A stretch of 64,000 nucleotides of DNA from Parcubacteria group bacterium GW2011_GWC2_42_12 (GCA_000997945.1 LCCP01000002.1:14284-78283), one strand, 5' to 3'. Counted from the stretch's first letter, positions 26,611 to 36,289 are shown. Numbers and translations are program-made. The notes: generated from the letters alone by a model not told the origin.

Positions 26611-27018
26611 GTGAAAAGAAGCAAAAATTTAAAATATTTGCCTTATAATTCTGAACTAAAAGAAAAAGCTCGAGATTTGAGAAAAAATATGACTATTGCA
26701 GAAAAGAAACTTTGGCGAGAGTTTTTAAAAAGTCATAAATATAAGTTTACTCGCCAGAAGCCGATTGATAATTATATTGTTGATTTCTATTGCTCAGAAT
26801 TAGGTTTAATTGTTGAAGTTGATGGTACGACTCATTTGGATGATAAAGATATTTTATATGACAAGAAACGGACCATTAATTTAGCAAAATATGGATTAAA
26901 GATTTTACGTTTTTGGAATGATGATATATTAAGCGGGATGTATGTTGTGGGAGAAATAATTAATTGCGAAATAAATAAGATAACCCACCCCAACCCTCCC
27001 TTGTCAGGGAGGGGGTAA
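26611..27018 (+). CDS. DUF559 (Vsr-like endonuclease fold) protein with GC-hairpin-encoded C-terminus
   Basis: GTG start; LW.EFLK...F.RQKPIDNYIVDFYC....LIVEVDG..H....D..R...L...G..ILRFWN pattern of DUF559. The last 11 residues (THPNPPLSGRG) are encoded by the element CCCTCCCTTGTCAGGGAGGGGG. Confidence 0.6.
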   Translation: MKRSKNLKYLPYNSELKEKARDLRKNMTIAEKKLWREFLKSHKYKFTRQKPIDNYIVDFYCSELGLIVEVDGTTHLDDKDILYDKKRTINLAKYGLKILRFWNDDILSGMYVVGEIINCEINKITHPNPPLSGRG

Positions 27019-27059
27019 TAGTTGCCTTTTCGCCAATTTTAGGATAAAATAGGTTTATT

Positions 27060-30000
27060 ATGGAGAAGTATAATCATCAGAAAATCGAAGCCAAATGGCA
27101 GAAAAAGTGGAATAAAGAAAAGCTTTATAAGACTTCGGGTAATAAAGATAAGCCAAAATATTATGTTCTGGATATGTTTCCTTATCCTTCCGGATCAGGC
27201 CTGCATGTCGGCCACCCCAAGGGCTATATTGCCACGGATATCTTCGCGCGCGCCAAGATGATGCAAGGGTATAATGTGCTCCACCCTATGGGCTGGGACG
27301 CTTTCGGCTTGCCCACGGAAAATTATGCCATGCAAAATAAAATTCATCCGTGCGCGGCCACGGAAAAAAATATTGCCACTTTTAAAAGGCAATTAGGCCT
27401 CTTGGGTTTTACTTACGATTGGGATAGAGAGATAAATACTACTGATCCGGAGTATTATAAATGGACGCAATGGACATTTTTGAAAATGTTTGAACGCGGC
27501 CTAGCTTACGAATCTTATGAGCCAATTAACTGGTGCCCGAAATGCCAGACCGGTTTGTCTAACGAAGATCTGGAAGATGGCAAGTGCGAGCGCTGCGATT
27601 CGGTCGTGGAAAAGAAGCCCATGCGCCAATGGCTGCTGAAAATTACCGATTACGCCGACCGCCTGCTTAGTGACCTTGAGAAATTGCCGGCCTGGGAAGA
27701 GTCCATTAAAGAAATGCAGAGAAATTGGATCGGGCGGAAAGAAGGCATAAACATAGATTATAAAATTGAAGGGCTGGACAGTAAATTATCGGTTTTTACC
27801 ACTCGGCCGGACACTAATTTCGGCGCGACTTTTATCGTGGCGGCGCCGGACAGCGTTTTTACGGCCGAAAAAATCGGCAGTTTTCCCAACCAGGCGGAAG
27901 TTAAGAAATATGTAGAGGCGGCCAGGCATAAAACCGAATTGGAGCGCATTAGCGAAGGTCGGAAAAAAACCGGCGTTTTCACCGGCCTTAACGCCATTAA
28001 TAATCTGACCGGCCGGAAAATGCCGATTTATATCAGCGATTTTATTCTAGCTTCGGTCGGCACTGGCGTGGTCGTCGGCGTGCCCGGCCATGACTTAAGG
28101 GATTTTGAATTCGCCCAGGCCATGGGGCTGGAAATTATTAGGGTTGTCGTCGGAGCGGACGGCGATACTTCGCCCATAACTAAAAAAGAGCAGGTTCAGG
28201 AAGAAGCCGGCACCATGATAAACAGCGGTTTGCTTGATGGCATGAATATTCATGACGCCACCAGAAAAATAATGGACCATATTGAAACCAAGGACTGGGG
28301 CAAGAAAATCGTAAGTTATAAAATAAAAGACTGGGTGTTTAGTCGGCAAAGATATTGGGGCGAACCGATCCCGATTATCCATTGCCAGGCCTGTAAAAAT
28401 AAGAAATACAATTTTATTTTTATTCATGGTTATGGCAGCAGTGGCAAAGAAGGCTGGAGGCCATGGCTTAAAAGAGAATTAGAAGGCCGAGGACATAAGG
28501 CATATTCGCCCGATTTGCCCAACAGCTTAAAACCTAATGTTGATGAACAGGCTGATTTTATAATTAAGAATGTTGAACTTGGGGAAGATACAATTTTAAT
28601 AGGCGGCAGTTTAGGGGGAGTGGTTATTATGAGGATTTTAGAGAAAATTAAAATTAAGATTGCAAAAGCCGTATTTATTGATTCAGTATTTAAACCAGAG
28701 TTTGCCGATCATGATAGGCCGGATGTGGCCGCGGCATGTGATTGGAAATTTAATTTTAAAAAAATTAGTCAAGCGAGCAGTAGTTTTGTAGTATTGGCGG
28801 ATAGTGATTTTCCAGTGATAAAGAAAGAACATTCCGAAGAGTTAGCGAAAAAATTTAATACTAGCGTTACTTATGTTAAACCAAACGGCCAGCATTTCTC
28901 TAAATCCGCCACTGAACCGGAGATTTTGAAGATTTTTGGAAATTTAGGAATAGTTATCGTGCCGTACGAAGATTTACCCCTGAAACTGCCGGAAGTGAAA
29001 AATTACCAGCCCACTGGCACGGGCGAGTCGCCGCTGGCGAATATTAAGGAGTGGGTTAATACCAAGTGTCCGCAGTGCGGCGGGAGGGCTTTGCGCGAGA
29101 CCAATACTATGCCGCAATGGGCTGGGTCAAGTTGGTATTATTTAAGATATATTGATCCAAAAAATAAGACAGCGTTGGTTGATAAAGATAAAGAAAAATA
29201 TTGGTCGCCGGTGGATTTTTATGTCGGCGGCGCCGAACATGCTACGCGGCATTTAATTTACGCGCGTTTCTGGCATAAGTTTCTATTTGACATTGGCGCG
29301 GTAAATTATGATGAACCGTTTACGCGGCTGCAGCATGTGGGTTTAATACTGGCCGAGGACGGGCGCAAGATGAGCAAGCGCTGGAACAATGTTATTAACC
29401 CAGATGAAATCGTGGAAAAATACGGTGCTGACGCCATGCGTATTTATGAAATGTTCATGGGGCCGTTTAGCCAACCTTGCGCTTGGAGTACAAAGAGTTT
29501 AATCGGTGGCAGGAGATTTCTAGAAAAGATTTGGCATTTTTATCACCAAGTAAAGCTATTTGATTGCGGCGGCGTCGGTTGCGATAAAGCGCCGACAGGC
29601 CTGCCGCAGCTAATGCATAAGACCATAAAGAAAGTTACCGAGGATATTGAAAATTTTCATTATAATACGGCAATCAGCCAAATGATGATTTTCATGAATT
29701 TTGCCAGCCAGCTTGACTCTGTGCCGCGCGGGGCTTTAGAAAATTTTCTAAAGATCTTAGCGCCGTTCGCGCCGCATCTTACGGAAGAACTTTGGTCAGG
29801 GCTGGGGCATCCCTCCGCGAAGCTCGGGACAAGTAAGCAAAGCATCTTTAAAGAAGAATGGCCAAAATATAATCCGGAATTAGTTAAAGATGAAACCATA
29901 AATTTGGTGATTCAAATAAATGGCAAGGTGCGTGATACCGTTGAAGTTTTTGCTGATATTAGCGAAAAAGAAGCGAGAGAGTTTGCTCTGGATAGTGAGA

Positions 30001-30080
30001 AAATAAAGAAGTGGTTGGATGGGAAAGAAATAAAGAAAGTAATTTTCGTTAAGGGAAAGTTAGTTAATGTAGTTATCTAA
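27060..30080 (+). CDS. leuS: leucine--tRNA ligase with an inserted alpha/beta-hydrolase (RBBP9/YdeN-like) domain
   Basis: HVGH (HIGH) motif, CP1 editing domain, KMSKR (KMSKS). About 190 extra residues (nt ~28410..28960) sit between the zinc-knuckle halves HCQAC and CPQCGG: IFIHGYGSSGKEGWRPWLKREL...ILIGGSLGG (GxSxG). Confidence 0.93.
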   Translation: MEKYNHQKIEAKWQKKWNKEKLYKTSGNKDKPKYYVLDMFPYPSGSGLHVGHPKGYIATDIFARAKMMQGYNVLHPMGWDAFGLPTENYAMQNKIHPCAATEKNIATFKRQLGLLGFTYDWDREINTTDPEYYKWTQWTFLKMFERGLAYESYEPINWCPKCQTGLSNEDLEDGKCERCDSVVEKKPMRQWLLKITDYADRLLSDLEKLPAWEESIKEMQRNWIGRKEGINIDYKIEGLDSKLSVFTTRPDTNFGATFIVAAPDSVFTAEKIGSFPNQAEVKKYVEAARHKTELERISEGRKKTGVFTGLNAINNLTGRKMPIYISDFILASVGTGVVVGVPGHDLRDFEFAQAMGLEIIRVVVGADGDTSPITKKEQVQEEAGTMINSGLLDGMNIHDATRKIMDHIETKDWGKKIVSYKIKDWVFSRQRYWGEPIPIIHCQACKNKKYNFIFIHGYGSSGKEGWRPWLKRELEGRGHKAYSPDLPNSLKPNVDEQADFIIKNVELGEDTILIGGSLGGVVIMRILEKIKIKIAKAVFIDSVFKPEFADHDRPDVAAACDWKFNFKKISQASSSFVVLADSDFPVIKKEHSEELAKKFNTSVTYVKPNGQHFSKSATEPEILKIFGNLGIVIVPYEDLPLKLPEVKNYQPTGTGESPLANIKEWVNTKCPQCGGRALRETNTMPQWAGSSWYYLRYIDPKNKTALVDKDKEKYWSPVDFYVGGAEHATRHLIYARFWHKFLFDIGAVNYDEPFTRLQHVGLILAEDGRKMSKRWNNVINPDEIVEKYGADAMRIYEMFMGPFSQPCAWSTKSLIGGRRFLEKIWHFYHQVKLFDCGGVGCDKAPTGLPQLMHKTIKKVTEDIENFHYNTAISQMMIFMNFASQLDSVPRGALENFLKILAPFAPHLTEELWSGLGHPSAKLGTSKQSIFKEEWPKYNPELVKDETINLVIQINGKVRDTVEVFADISEKEAREFALDSEKIKKWLDGKEIKKVIFVKGKLVNVVI

Positions 30081-30179
30081 AAAAGGATTGAATCGCAGCG
30101 CTCGCCACAAAAAATTCAGTGAATAGCGCAATCGTGTTTGATAAAAAGGCTTTTAGTTATATTGTTCGCCACAAAAAAA

Positions 30180-30270
30180 TTAGGGATTTAGTCTGAAATT
30201 TTAACAAAATTTCTATGAGAAAAGGAGAAAGAAATGTTTGTAAGAAATTTCAGACTAAATCTAATCCTAA
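30180..30270. repeat. 21-25-bp perfect inverted repeat (TTAGGGATTTAGTCTGAAATT / AATTTCAGACTAAATCTAATCCTAA) with 45-bp loop between the convergent leuS and 30350..31336 genes
   Basis: Long hairpin; the loop contains GGAGAAAGAAATG and a tiny ORF. Confidence 0.4.
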
Positions 30271-30349
30271 ATTTTTCTATACTCACAATATAACTAAAAG
30301 CTTTTTTATTTTCTAATTTTTTTAGGCTCGCAATGTAATTAAGGGTTTT

Positions 30350-31336
30350 TTAAAGATTTGTCATCAGCCACTCTTCGTCCGGTTGTTTTTCCACATGAAA
30401 ACGCACGGTGTGCTTTTCGCCCTGGAAATAGACTTCATTGGCATAAGTTTTTTTAGTTGCCGTAGAAGATTTTAGCGTACTGCCGGAAAGTATGTTAGCG
30501 AGTATTAGCAAACTTTCTTTTGACATATGTTCCATGGAATATTCAATAGGTTTGTGCATATTCGGCGTGAAATATGATACGGCGCTGGCCGCGCTGGCCG
30601 CTCTGATGGCCGCGGCCGCCAGGGACAGCGTATTCTCTGCCGGAGTAATTATCGGATCAGTTAGCGGCGGGATAATAATAGCAACCGGCGGCTGGTCGGC
30701 CGGTATTTTTTCCAAATCAGCATTAGTAATGCCCAGACCGAAAGTTCGCATTACTTGAAAAGCGTCGCTCGGGCGACCTAGGAAATATCGTTTTTGTGTT
30801 ATCGGTTCTAGATACCAGGCTTCGCCGTTTTTTTTCACCTGTAAAAATATTTTGCCGGCATTATTTTGAGTAAATCTGGCATCAATAGCTTGTTTACCCG
30901 CGCCCAGCGGATTATAGCCGCTGGTCAATTCTATCTTATCATCATAGCCGTCCGCGTCCGTATCCTTTTTATTTTTATCCGTGCCTATAGCGATTTCCAA
31001 ATTATCATCAAGCCAGTCAGCGTCGCTATCCAAATTATTGTTAGTCGAAAAACCAACGGGTATTTTGGCTAAGTCCTCATTACTAATACCAACACCTAAT
31101 TGGCGCATTAAAATAAAGGCATCGTCCGGCTTGCCTAGCCCATATTTTTTTTCATCACCAGGGGAGATATACCAGGCCTGACCATTATCTTCAACTTGCA
31201 ACAATATCCTGCCCGAGAGCGCGGTTTCACTTCTAGCGATATTGGGTAATATTATGCAAAAAATTAAGCTAATTAAGAGGATTTTTTTTACCCCGTTAGA
31301 AATTTGATTCATCATAATATATTTTTTCCACCCCAT
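30350..31336 (-). CDS. secreted protein with duplicated ~55-aa domain and thrombospondin-type-3-like Ca-binding motifs
   Basis: Signal peptide; repeats GRILLQVEDNGQAWYISP...DAFILMRQLGVGISNEDLAKIP and GKIFLQVKKNGEAWYLEP...DAFQVMRTFGLGITNADLEKIP; DSDADWLDDN...DTDADGYDD (DxDxDG). Confidence 0.5.
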   Translation of the reverse strand: MGWKKYIMMNQISNGVKKILLISLIFCIILPNIARSETALSGRILLQVEDNGQAWYISPGDEKKYGLGKPDDAFILMRQLGVGISNEDLAKIPVGFSTNNNLDSDADWLDDNLEIAIGTDKNKKDTDADGYDDKIELTSGYNPLGAGKQAIDARFTQNNAGKIFLQVKKNGEAWYLEPITQKRYFLGRPSDAFQVMRTFGLGITNADLEKIPADQPPVAIIIPPLTDPIITPAENTLSLAAAAIRAASAASAVSYFTPNMHKPIEYSMEHMSKESLLILANILSGSTLKSSTATKKTYANEVYFQGEKHTVRFHVEKQPDEEWLMTNL

Positions 31337-31395
31337 TTAGCCCAATGAATTTCTAACGGGGTGAATATTTTATAAAGAAATGGTATAATATTACT

Positions 31396-31911
31396 ATGAG
31401 AAAATTACTTATATTTTTAACTTTCATCGCCATTATCTTAATCGGCGGGTATTATTATTACTTACCCGAAGTCCGTTGGCATAAAGCTGCGCAAGCGGCC
31501 GGCGGCTATCCATATCAGATTGGTTTGACTAATGTTACTATTACTCAATGTGTAACAATTGGGACGCCACCAGTTTGTGTTGGCGCTGGTTCTGATCCGA
31601 TAGCAACACCCCTATGCAACACCAAGGGTCCGGCAGTTTGTACCGCCTATTCGGTTGCTAGCGGCATGCCAGCCGGGGGAATGGGAAATATTGCGTTATT
31701 TTTAACTACCGCTATCGGTCAAGCCGGATTGACACCTGGCGGACAATTAATTGCTGGCGGTATATCGCCGGTTTTAATGGACAGCGGAGTTTTGGCTTCG
31801 GCCGGCGGTTGCGCCGGTTGCGGCCTGGGTAAAGCCGATTCCAGTATCATTGACAGAATCGCCAAGGTTGCTAATTATATTATAGCAGGGTTTAAAGATA
31901 AAATTAAATAA
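31396..31911 (+). CDS. hypothetical secreted Cys-containing protein
   Basis: N-terminal TM/signal anchor, Gly/Ala/Cys-rich 171 aa. Confidence 0.3.
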   Translation: MRKLLIFLTFIAIILIGGYYYYLPEVRWHKAAQAAGGYPYQIGLTNVTITQCVTIGTPPVCVGAGSDPIATPLCNTKGPAVCTAYSVASGMPAGGMGNIALFLTTAIGQAGLTPGGQLIAGGISPVLMDSGVLASAGGCAGCGLGKADSSIIDRIAKVANYIIAGFKDKIK

Positions 31912-31913
31912 TT

Positions 31914-32819
31914 ATGGATTTATTGGAACAAACAAAAAAGTTATGTAAACTCTATCATATAATTCCTGCCCGCTCTAAGGGGCAGAATTTTTTAATTAAG
32001 GAAGAGATTTATGATGAAATGGTGGCCGCGGCAGATTTAAAGCCGGACGAGACGGTTTTGGAGGTCGGTTCGGGTTTGGGGTTTTTAACGGCTAAGTTGG
32101 CGGCTTGCGCCGGGCGAGTAATCGCCGTGGAGCTGGACGATAAATTGGCGGGGGTTTTAAAAACCGGGTTGATAGCGAAGAAAGTTAAAAATGTGGAGGT
32201 GGTGAATGAAAATGTGCTTGATATAAAAATACAACCCCCCTTATTCCCCCCTTATCAGGGGGGGCACTATAAAATTGTTGCCAATTTGCCGTACAACATA
32301 ACCTCTATATTTTTAAGAAAATTTCTGGAGGCGGAGACTAAACCGGAGTTAATGGCGCTAATGCTGCAAAAGGAAGTGGCGGAAAGAATTACGGCTTCAC
32401 CCCGTGAAATCCCGACAATAAGTCGGGGCGCAAAGCGCATTTCACGGGGTAAACCCGGTAAAATGAGTTTATTGGCCGTATCGGTGCAATTTTATGCTAA
32501 CGCGGAGATAATAAAATTCGTGTCTAAAGAATTTTTTTGGCCCAAGCCGGAAGTTGATTCGGCGATAGTGAGAATAAAGTTAAATCCACCTTCATCCCCC
32601 TTTGTTAAAGGGGGCATTAAGGAGAAAGAATTTTTTCAATTGGTAAAATTCGGTTTTAGCGCCAAGAGAAAAATGTTAAAAAATAATTTAGCCGCCGGTT
32701 TTAAAATAGATCAAGGCGAGGCGGGGAGTAGAATAATTAAGGCCGGATTTAACGGTAAAATTAGAGCGCAAGAATTATCGGTTGATGACTGGCTTAAGTT
32801 ATTTACGGTTTTTCAGTAG
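31914..32819 (+). CDS. rsmA: 16S rRNA (adenine1518/1519-N6)-dimethyltransferase
   Basis: GQNFLIKEEI, VLEVGSGLGFLT (SAM motif I), NLPYNITS; carries three in-frame GC palindromic elements. Confidence 0.85.
   Translation: MDLLEQTKKLCKLYHIIPARSKGQNFLIKEEIYDEMVAAADLKPDETVLEVGSGLGFLTAKLAACAGRVIAVELDDKLAGVLKTGLIAKKVKNVEVVNENVLDIKIQPPLFPPYQGGHYKIVANLPYNITSIFLRKFLEAETKPELMALMLQKEVAERITASPREIPTISRGAKRISRGKPGKMSLLAVSVQFYANAEIIKFVSKEFFWPKPEVDSAIVRIKLNPPSSPFVKGGIKEKEFFQLVKFGFSAKRKMLKNNLAAGFKIDQGEAGSRIIKAGFNGKIRAQELSVDDWLKLFTVFQ
32234..32264. repeat. GC-rich short palindromic element, in-frame within rsmA (copy 1)
   Basis: CCCCCCCTTATTCCCCCCTTATCAGGGGGGG, encoding QPPLFPPYQGGH. Confidence 0.6.
32400..32449. 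repeat. 50-bp cloverleaf-like GC palindrome, in-frame within rsmA (copy 2)
   Basis: CCCCGTGAAAT-CCCGACaataaGTCGGG-GCGCaaaGCGC-ATTTCACGGGG, encoding SPREIPTISRGAKRISRG; ~16 aa extra relative to E. coli KsgA (recalled alignment). Confidence 0.6.
32596..32614. repeat. GC-rich short palindromic element, in-frame within rsmA (copy 3)
   Basis: CCCCCTTTGTTAAAGGGGG, encoding SPFVKGG. Confidence 0.55.
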
Positions 32820-32888
32820 ATGTGGTATAATAAAAAGGCAGTTTACTTATTTTTTCCAACAAAAAGGCATTAGTTTGGTTGTTAAATT

Positions 32889-34481
32889 ATGAATGTACAT
32901 TTGATTATACACAACCTCACCTCCATTGTCTCTTCAATAATTTTACTGGGCCTGGCTCTCTTTACTTTTTTGAACGGTAAAAGGAAAATAGCAAATATTT
33001 CGTTTGCCCTATTAATGCTGTCGGCAGCCGTTTTTACCATATCCCATGTTATCGGAGCTAATCTTGCCGATCCCAACATATCCAGGGCGGTATTTATGTT
33101 TAATCTGGCAAATTTTTTTATTGCCTGTTTTAATGTTCATGCGGTTATATCTCTAATCAACAAGAATCAAGAAAAGAAATGGATTATTCGGCTATTTTAC
33201 TCCGCCACCATATTGATAACGGCCTTCTTTTTAATTTTTCCTGATTTACTTTTGTTGCCGTCAGCGCCGAAAATGTATTTTTTAAATTACTATGAACCGG
33301 GGATTTTAAACTGGATGCGCCTGGCATTTCTTTATGTAATTTCCATACCTTACATGATTTACTTGCTGCTGGCGGCGTATAAAAAAAGTAATTTAGCCCT
33401 TGAAAAAAACCAATATAAGTATTTTATAGTTACTATTATTATTGGCTACCTACCGGCGTTTTTTCCCAATTTTCTTGTTTATGACATACAGATAGACCCC
33501 GCCCTGGGCATGATCTTCCCTTTGCTTTTTATATTTCCCTTTATGTATGGAGCGGTAAAATATGAATTATTTAATGTTAAGATAATCGCCAAACAAGCCT
33601 TTTTTTACTCTTTAGGAATTGCCGTGGTCGGAGGAATCATCACCCTATTGAATTATTCAAATAATTTAATAATAAACACTTATCCGGATTATCCGCCTTG
33701 GATTACCGCGATCATTTCATCTATCCTCGCCGTGACGATCAGCGTAATAGTCTGGAGATATTTACGAGAAGGAGATTTGCTAAAATACGAATTTATCACC
33801 ACCGTCACCCATAAATTTCGTACCCCGCTTACCGCTATAAGATGGGCGGCCGAAGATTTAGCAGAATCGGCCCTTTCCCCAAGCGACCAAGAACAAATTG
33901 AATATATCAAGAAAGCAAATTCTAAACTAGTTGAATTAACTAACTTATTAGTAGCGACATCAGAAAAAAAAATGGGTTATTATCAGTATAAGTTTTCCTC
34001 AAATGATCTGGCAACGGCGGTCAACGATATAATAATGTCATTTGACAGCCAGATAAAGAAAAAACAATTAACTATTGAAAAAAAAATTCAGTCCGGGATG
34101 TTAGCTTCGTCTGATTTGGCAAAAATAAAATTTGTGATCCAAACCATCATTGAAAACGCGATTAATTACACGGATAAAAAAGGAACAATTTCTATTTCCA
34201 TTGAAAAAATCAATAATGATATAGTATTTTCTGTTCGTGACATGGGAATTGGTTTTTCTCAAGAAGAAACTAAACATCTGTTCTCAAAATTTTTTAGAGC
34301 GCCGAGGGCCAGAACGATTGATACGGAGGGCCTGGGCATAGGACTTTATGTAGCAAAAAAAATTATTTTAAATCATAAGGGCAAAATCTGGGCCGAGTCG
34401 GCCGGCAGTAATAAAGGCAGCACTTTTAGTTTTTCTTTACCGGCGGTGAAAATAAGCCAGAGTGCCAAAGCTATTAAATAG
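32889..34481 (+). CDS. sensor histidine kinase with N-terminal 7TM sensor domain
   Basis: About seven TM helices; H-box TVTHKFRTPLTAIRWAAEDL; HATPase_c N/G1/G2 boxes (DMGIGF, GLGIGLYVAKKII). Confidence 0.8.
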   Translation: MNVHLIIHNLTSIVSSIILLGLALFTFLNGKRKIANISFALLMLSAAVFTISHVIGANLADPNISRAVFMFNLANFFIACFNVHAVISLINKNQEKKWIIRLFYSATILITAFFLIFPDLLLLPSAPKMYFLNYYEPGILNWMRLAFLYVISIPYMIYLLLAAYKKSNLALEKNQYKYFIVTIIIGYLPAFFPNFLVYDIQIDPALGMIFPLLFIFPFMYGAVKYELFNVKIIAKQAFFYSLGIAVVGGIITLLNYSNNLIINTYPDYPPWITAIISSILAVTISVIVWRYLREGDLLKYEFITTVTHKFRTPLTAIRWAAEDLAESALSPSDQEQIEYIKKANSKLVELTNLLVATSEKKMGYYQYKFSSNDLATAVNDIIMSFDSQIKKKQLTIEKKIQSGMLASSDLAKIKFVIQTIIENAINYTDKKGTISISIEKINNDIVFSVRDMGIGFSQEETKHLFSKFFRAPRARTIDTEGLGIGLYVAKKIILNHKGKIWAESAGSNKGSTFSFSLPAVKISQSAKAIK

Positions 34482-34558
34482 AAATATTTAACCATAATTA
34501 TAAATTTAGGCATTAAATAATTATTAACTAAAAACATATAGCTAACAACAAAATAAAA

Positions 34559-34924
34559 ATTTTATTAGTAGAAGATGATTCTTTTTTAAGAGATATCTGC
34601 ATCAAGAAATTAGCCAAAGCAGGCTTTTTGGTTTTTGAAACCGCCGATGGCGACCAAGTCTTAAAAAATTTAGAAAAGATAGAACCGGATATAATATTGT
34701 TGGACATACTTTTGCCAACGGTTAACGGTTTTGAAGTTTTAGAAAAAATTCGATCTGACAAAAACAGCAAAATAAGACAGACGCCGGTTATCGTGTTGTC
34801 TAATTTGGGGCAAGACGAGGATATAAAAAAAGCCATTAGTTTGGGAGCTAATGACTATTTAATCAAAGCGCATTTTACGATTGAGGAAATAGTCGGAAAA
34901 ATTAAAAACCGATTGGGATTATAA
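34559..34924 (+). CDS. single-domain response regulator (CheY-like receiver); start codon uncertain
   Basis: KILLVEDDSF...D(54)ILLP...SNLGQDEDIKKAISLGANDYLIK. There is no ATG/GTG between the upstream stop (34529) and the conserved KILLVEDD; the start may be ATT/ATA near 34553..34559 (the track begins at the internal TTG 34628). Confidence 0.65.
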   Translation: MLLVEDDSFLRDICIKKLAKAGFLVFETADGDQVLKNLEKIEPDIILLDILLPTVNGFEVLEKIRSDKNSKIRQTPVIVLSNLGQDEDIKKAISLGANDYLIKAHFTIEEIVGKIKNRLGL

Positions 34925-34994
34925 AAATATTCACCTCGTTAAATATTAGGTAATCACAAAAAACCAAGGCCAAGCATCTGACGAGGTAATAAAT

Positions 34995-35390
34995 ATGAAT
35001 ATGCCAGAATTACAAAGGACATCTAACGGAGTGAAAGAAATAAAAAATATTAATAAAAAGTCGCTGGCGAGAATAACCGCCTTAATTTACGGTTTAGTTG
35101 GATTTTTTATTGCTTTGGCCGTGGCCATCTCAACTATGGCCAATATTATGATGCAAAAGGATTTTCAGGGTTCGGTTATTTTAGTGACTTTATTTAATGT
35201 CGGGGCTGGTTTATTGATCGGGGTTTTAACCGCTTTGCTGACCGCTGCCTTGGGCTGGATAATGGGTTATCTAGAGGCAATAATATATAATTGGTTTGCC
35301 GGTAAAGTGGGCGGAGTGAAAGTGGAGTTCCTCGAGGCCGGTGAAATAGCAAAAGAGGAAACTAAAATTCAACATTATTTTAAATTTTAA
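34995..35390 (+). CDS. hypothetical membrane protein
   Basis: 131 aa, 2-3 TM helices. Confidence 0.3.
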   Translation: MNMPELQRTSNGVKEIKNINKKSLARITALIYGLVGFFIALAVAISTMANIMMQKDFQGSVILVTLFNVGAGLLIGVLTALLTAALGWIMGYLEAIIYNWFAGKVGGVKVEFLEAGEIAKEETKIQHYFKF

Positions 35391-35399
35391 ATTAAATAT

Positions 35400-35699
35400 A
35401 TGCCGCCAATCAATGAAAGCAAGGATCTATTATACATGGCCATTTCGCTGGCCGTTTTACTGTTAACGGTTTTTTCCTGCTGGGCGATTTATTATTTAGC
35501 CAGAATTTTGCAGCAGTCTTTTCAAATCGTAAAAGAAATGCGCGATCGATTGCATAAAGTTGATACCGTGATTGACGCGGTTAAGGAAAAAATAGAGCAT
35601 AGCGCGTCCTATCTCTTGCTTATCGGCGAGGGCATAAAGACTTTGGTCGGGATTATGAAGAGTAGGGGAGAGAAGAAGAGGAAAGCTAAGAAAGAGTAA
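35400..35699 (+). CDS. DUF948-like membrane-anchored coiled-coil protein
   Basis: Single N-terminal TM then coiled coil, ~100 aa, Lys-rich tail. Confidence 0.3.
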   Translation: MPPINESKDLLYMAISLAVLLLTVFSCWAIYYLARILQQSFQIVKEMRDRLHKVDTVIDAVKEKIEHSASYLLLIGEGIKTLVGIMKSRGEKKRKAKKE

Positions 35700-35728
35700 T
35701 AGAATCTATATTTAAATTTTTAATCACT

Positions 35729-36217
35729 ATGAATAATGATAAAAAAAAGAGCAGCTTTGTTTGGTTTATTATTATGCTTGTAATATTAGAAATTTTTGTG
35801 CAGTTTATAAAGTTAATTGGAGGATTTTTTGGAGCATTAGCTCTCTCTGCTAGTTTAGCGCGAGGTACGAATTTGAATATGGCAGTTACGACCACAGGAT
35901 CATCGTTAATGTTAATAATATTGTTATTGAGCATGATTGAGTTAATTGTCGCCATAGTCTATTTAGTAAAACTATTCAAATTAAGCAATGGTTTATTATT
36001 GTGGACAAATATTATTTTTGGTTTCACTCTTTTTACTTATTTATTGCTTAATTTAATAGAAATCATAGGTTCTGGTTTTTATGGTTTTCTCGTTGTAAGC
36101 GGAACAGGTTTTAACTTTAATGATATTATTTATATTTTCCTGCTAATCATAATTTGGTTATGGTTCTTCCATCATCTTAAGAAGAGGTATTTTTTTAGTT
36201 CCAATATTCAATCATAG
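35729..36217 (+). CDS. hypothetical polytopic membrane protein
   Basis: 162 aa, 4-5 TM helices. Confidence 0.3.
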   Translation: MNNDKKKSSFVWFIIMLVILEIFVQFIKLIGGFFGALALSASLARGTNLNMAVTTTGSSLMLIILLLSMIELIVAIVYLVKLFKLSNGLLLWTNIIFGFTLFTYLLLNLIEIIGSGFYGFLVVSGTGFNFNDIIYIFLLIIIWLWFFHHLKKRYFFSSNIQS

Positions 36218-36289
36218 AATTTCTAAAACGATAAACGGCGTCTTTGTGACAGGACGCCGTTTTTAAGTACATTACATTTTTTGCTTCGC

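Noticed and set aside
28410-28960. Intein in LeuS
   Set aside because: The insert lacks intein block A (Cys/Ser at its N-terminus) and block G (His-Asn + Cys/Ser/Thr), and shows an alpha/beta-hydrolase GxSxG pattern instead.
30204-30300. Tiny ORF MFVRNFRLNLILNFSILTI inside the 30180..30270 inverted repeat
   Set aside because: About 20 codons, lies inside a hairpin loop/arm, and has no support beyond an RBS-like GGAGAAAG; most likely a chance ORF.
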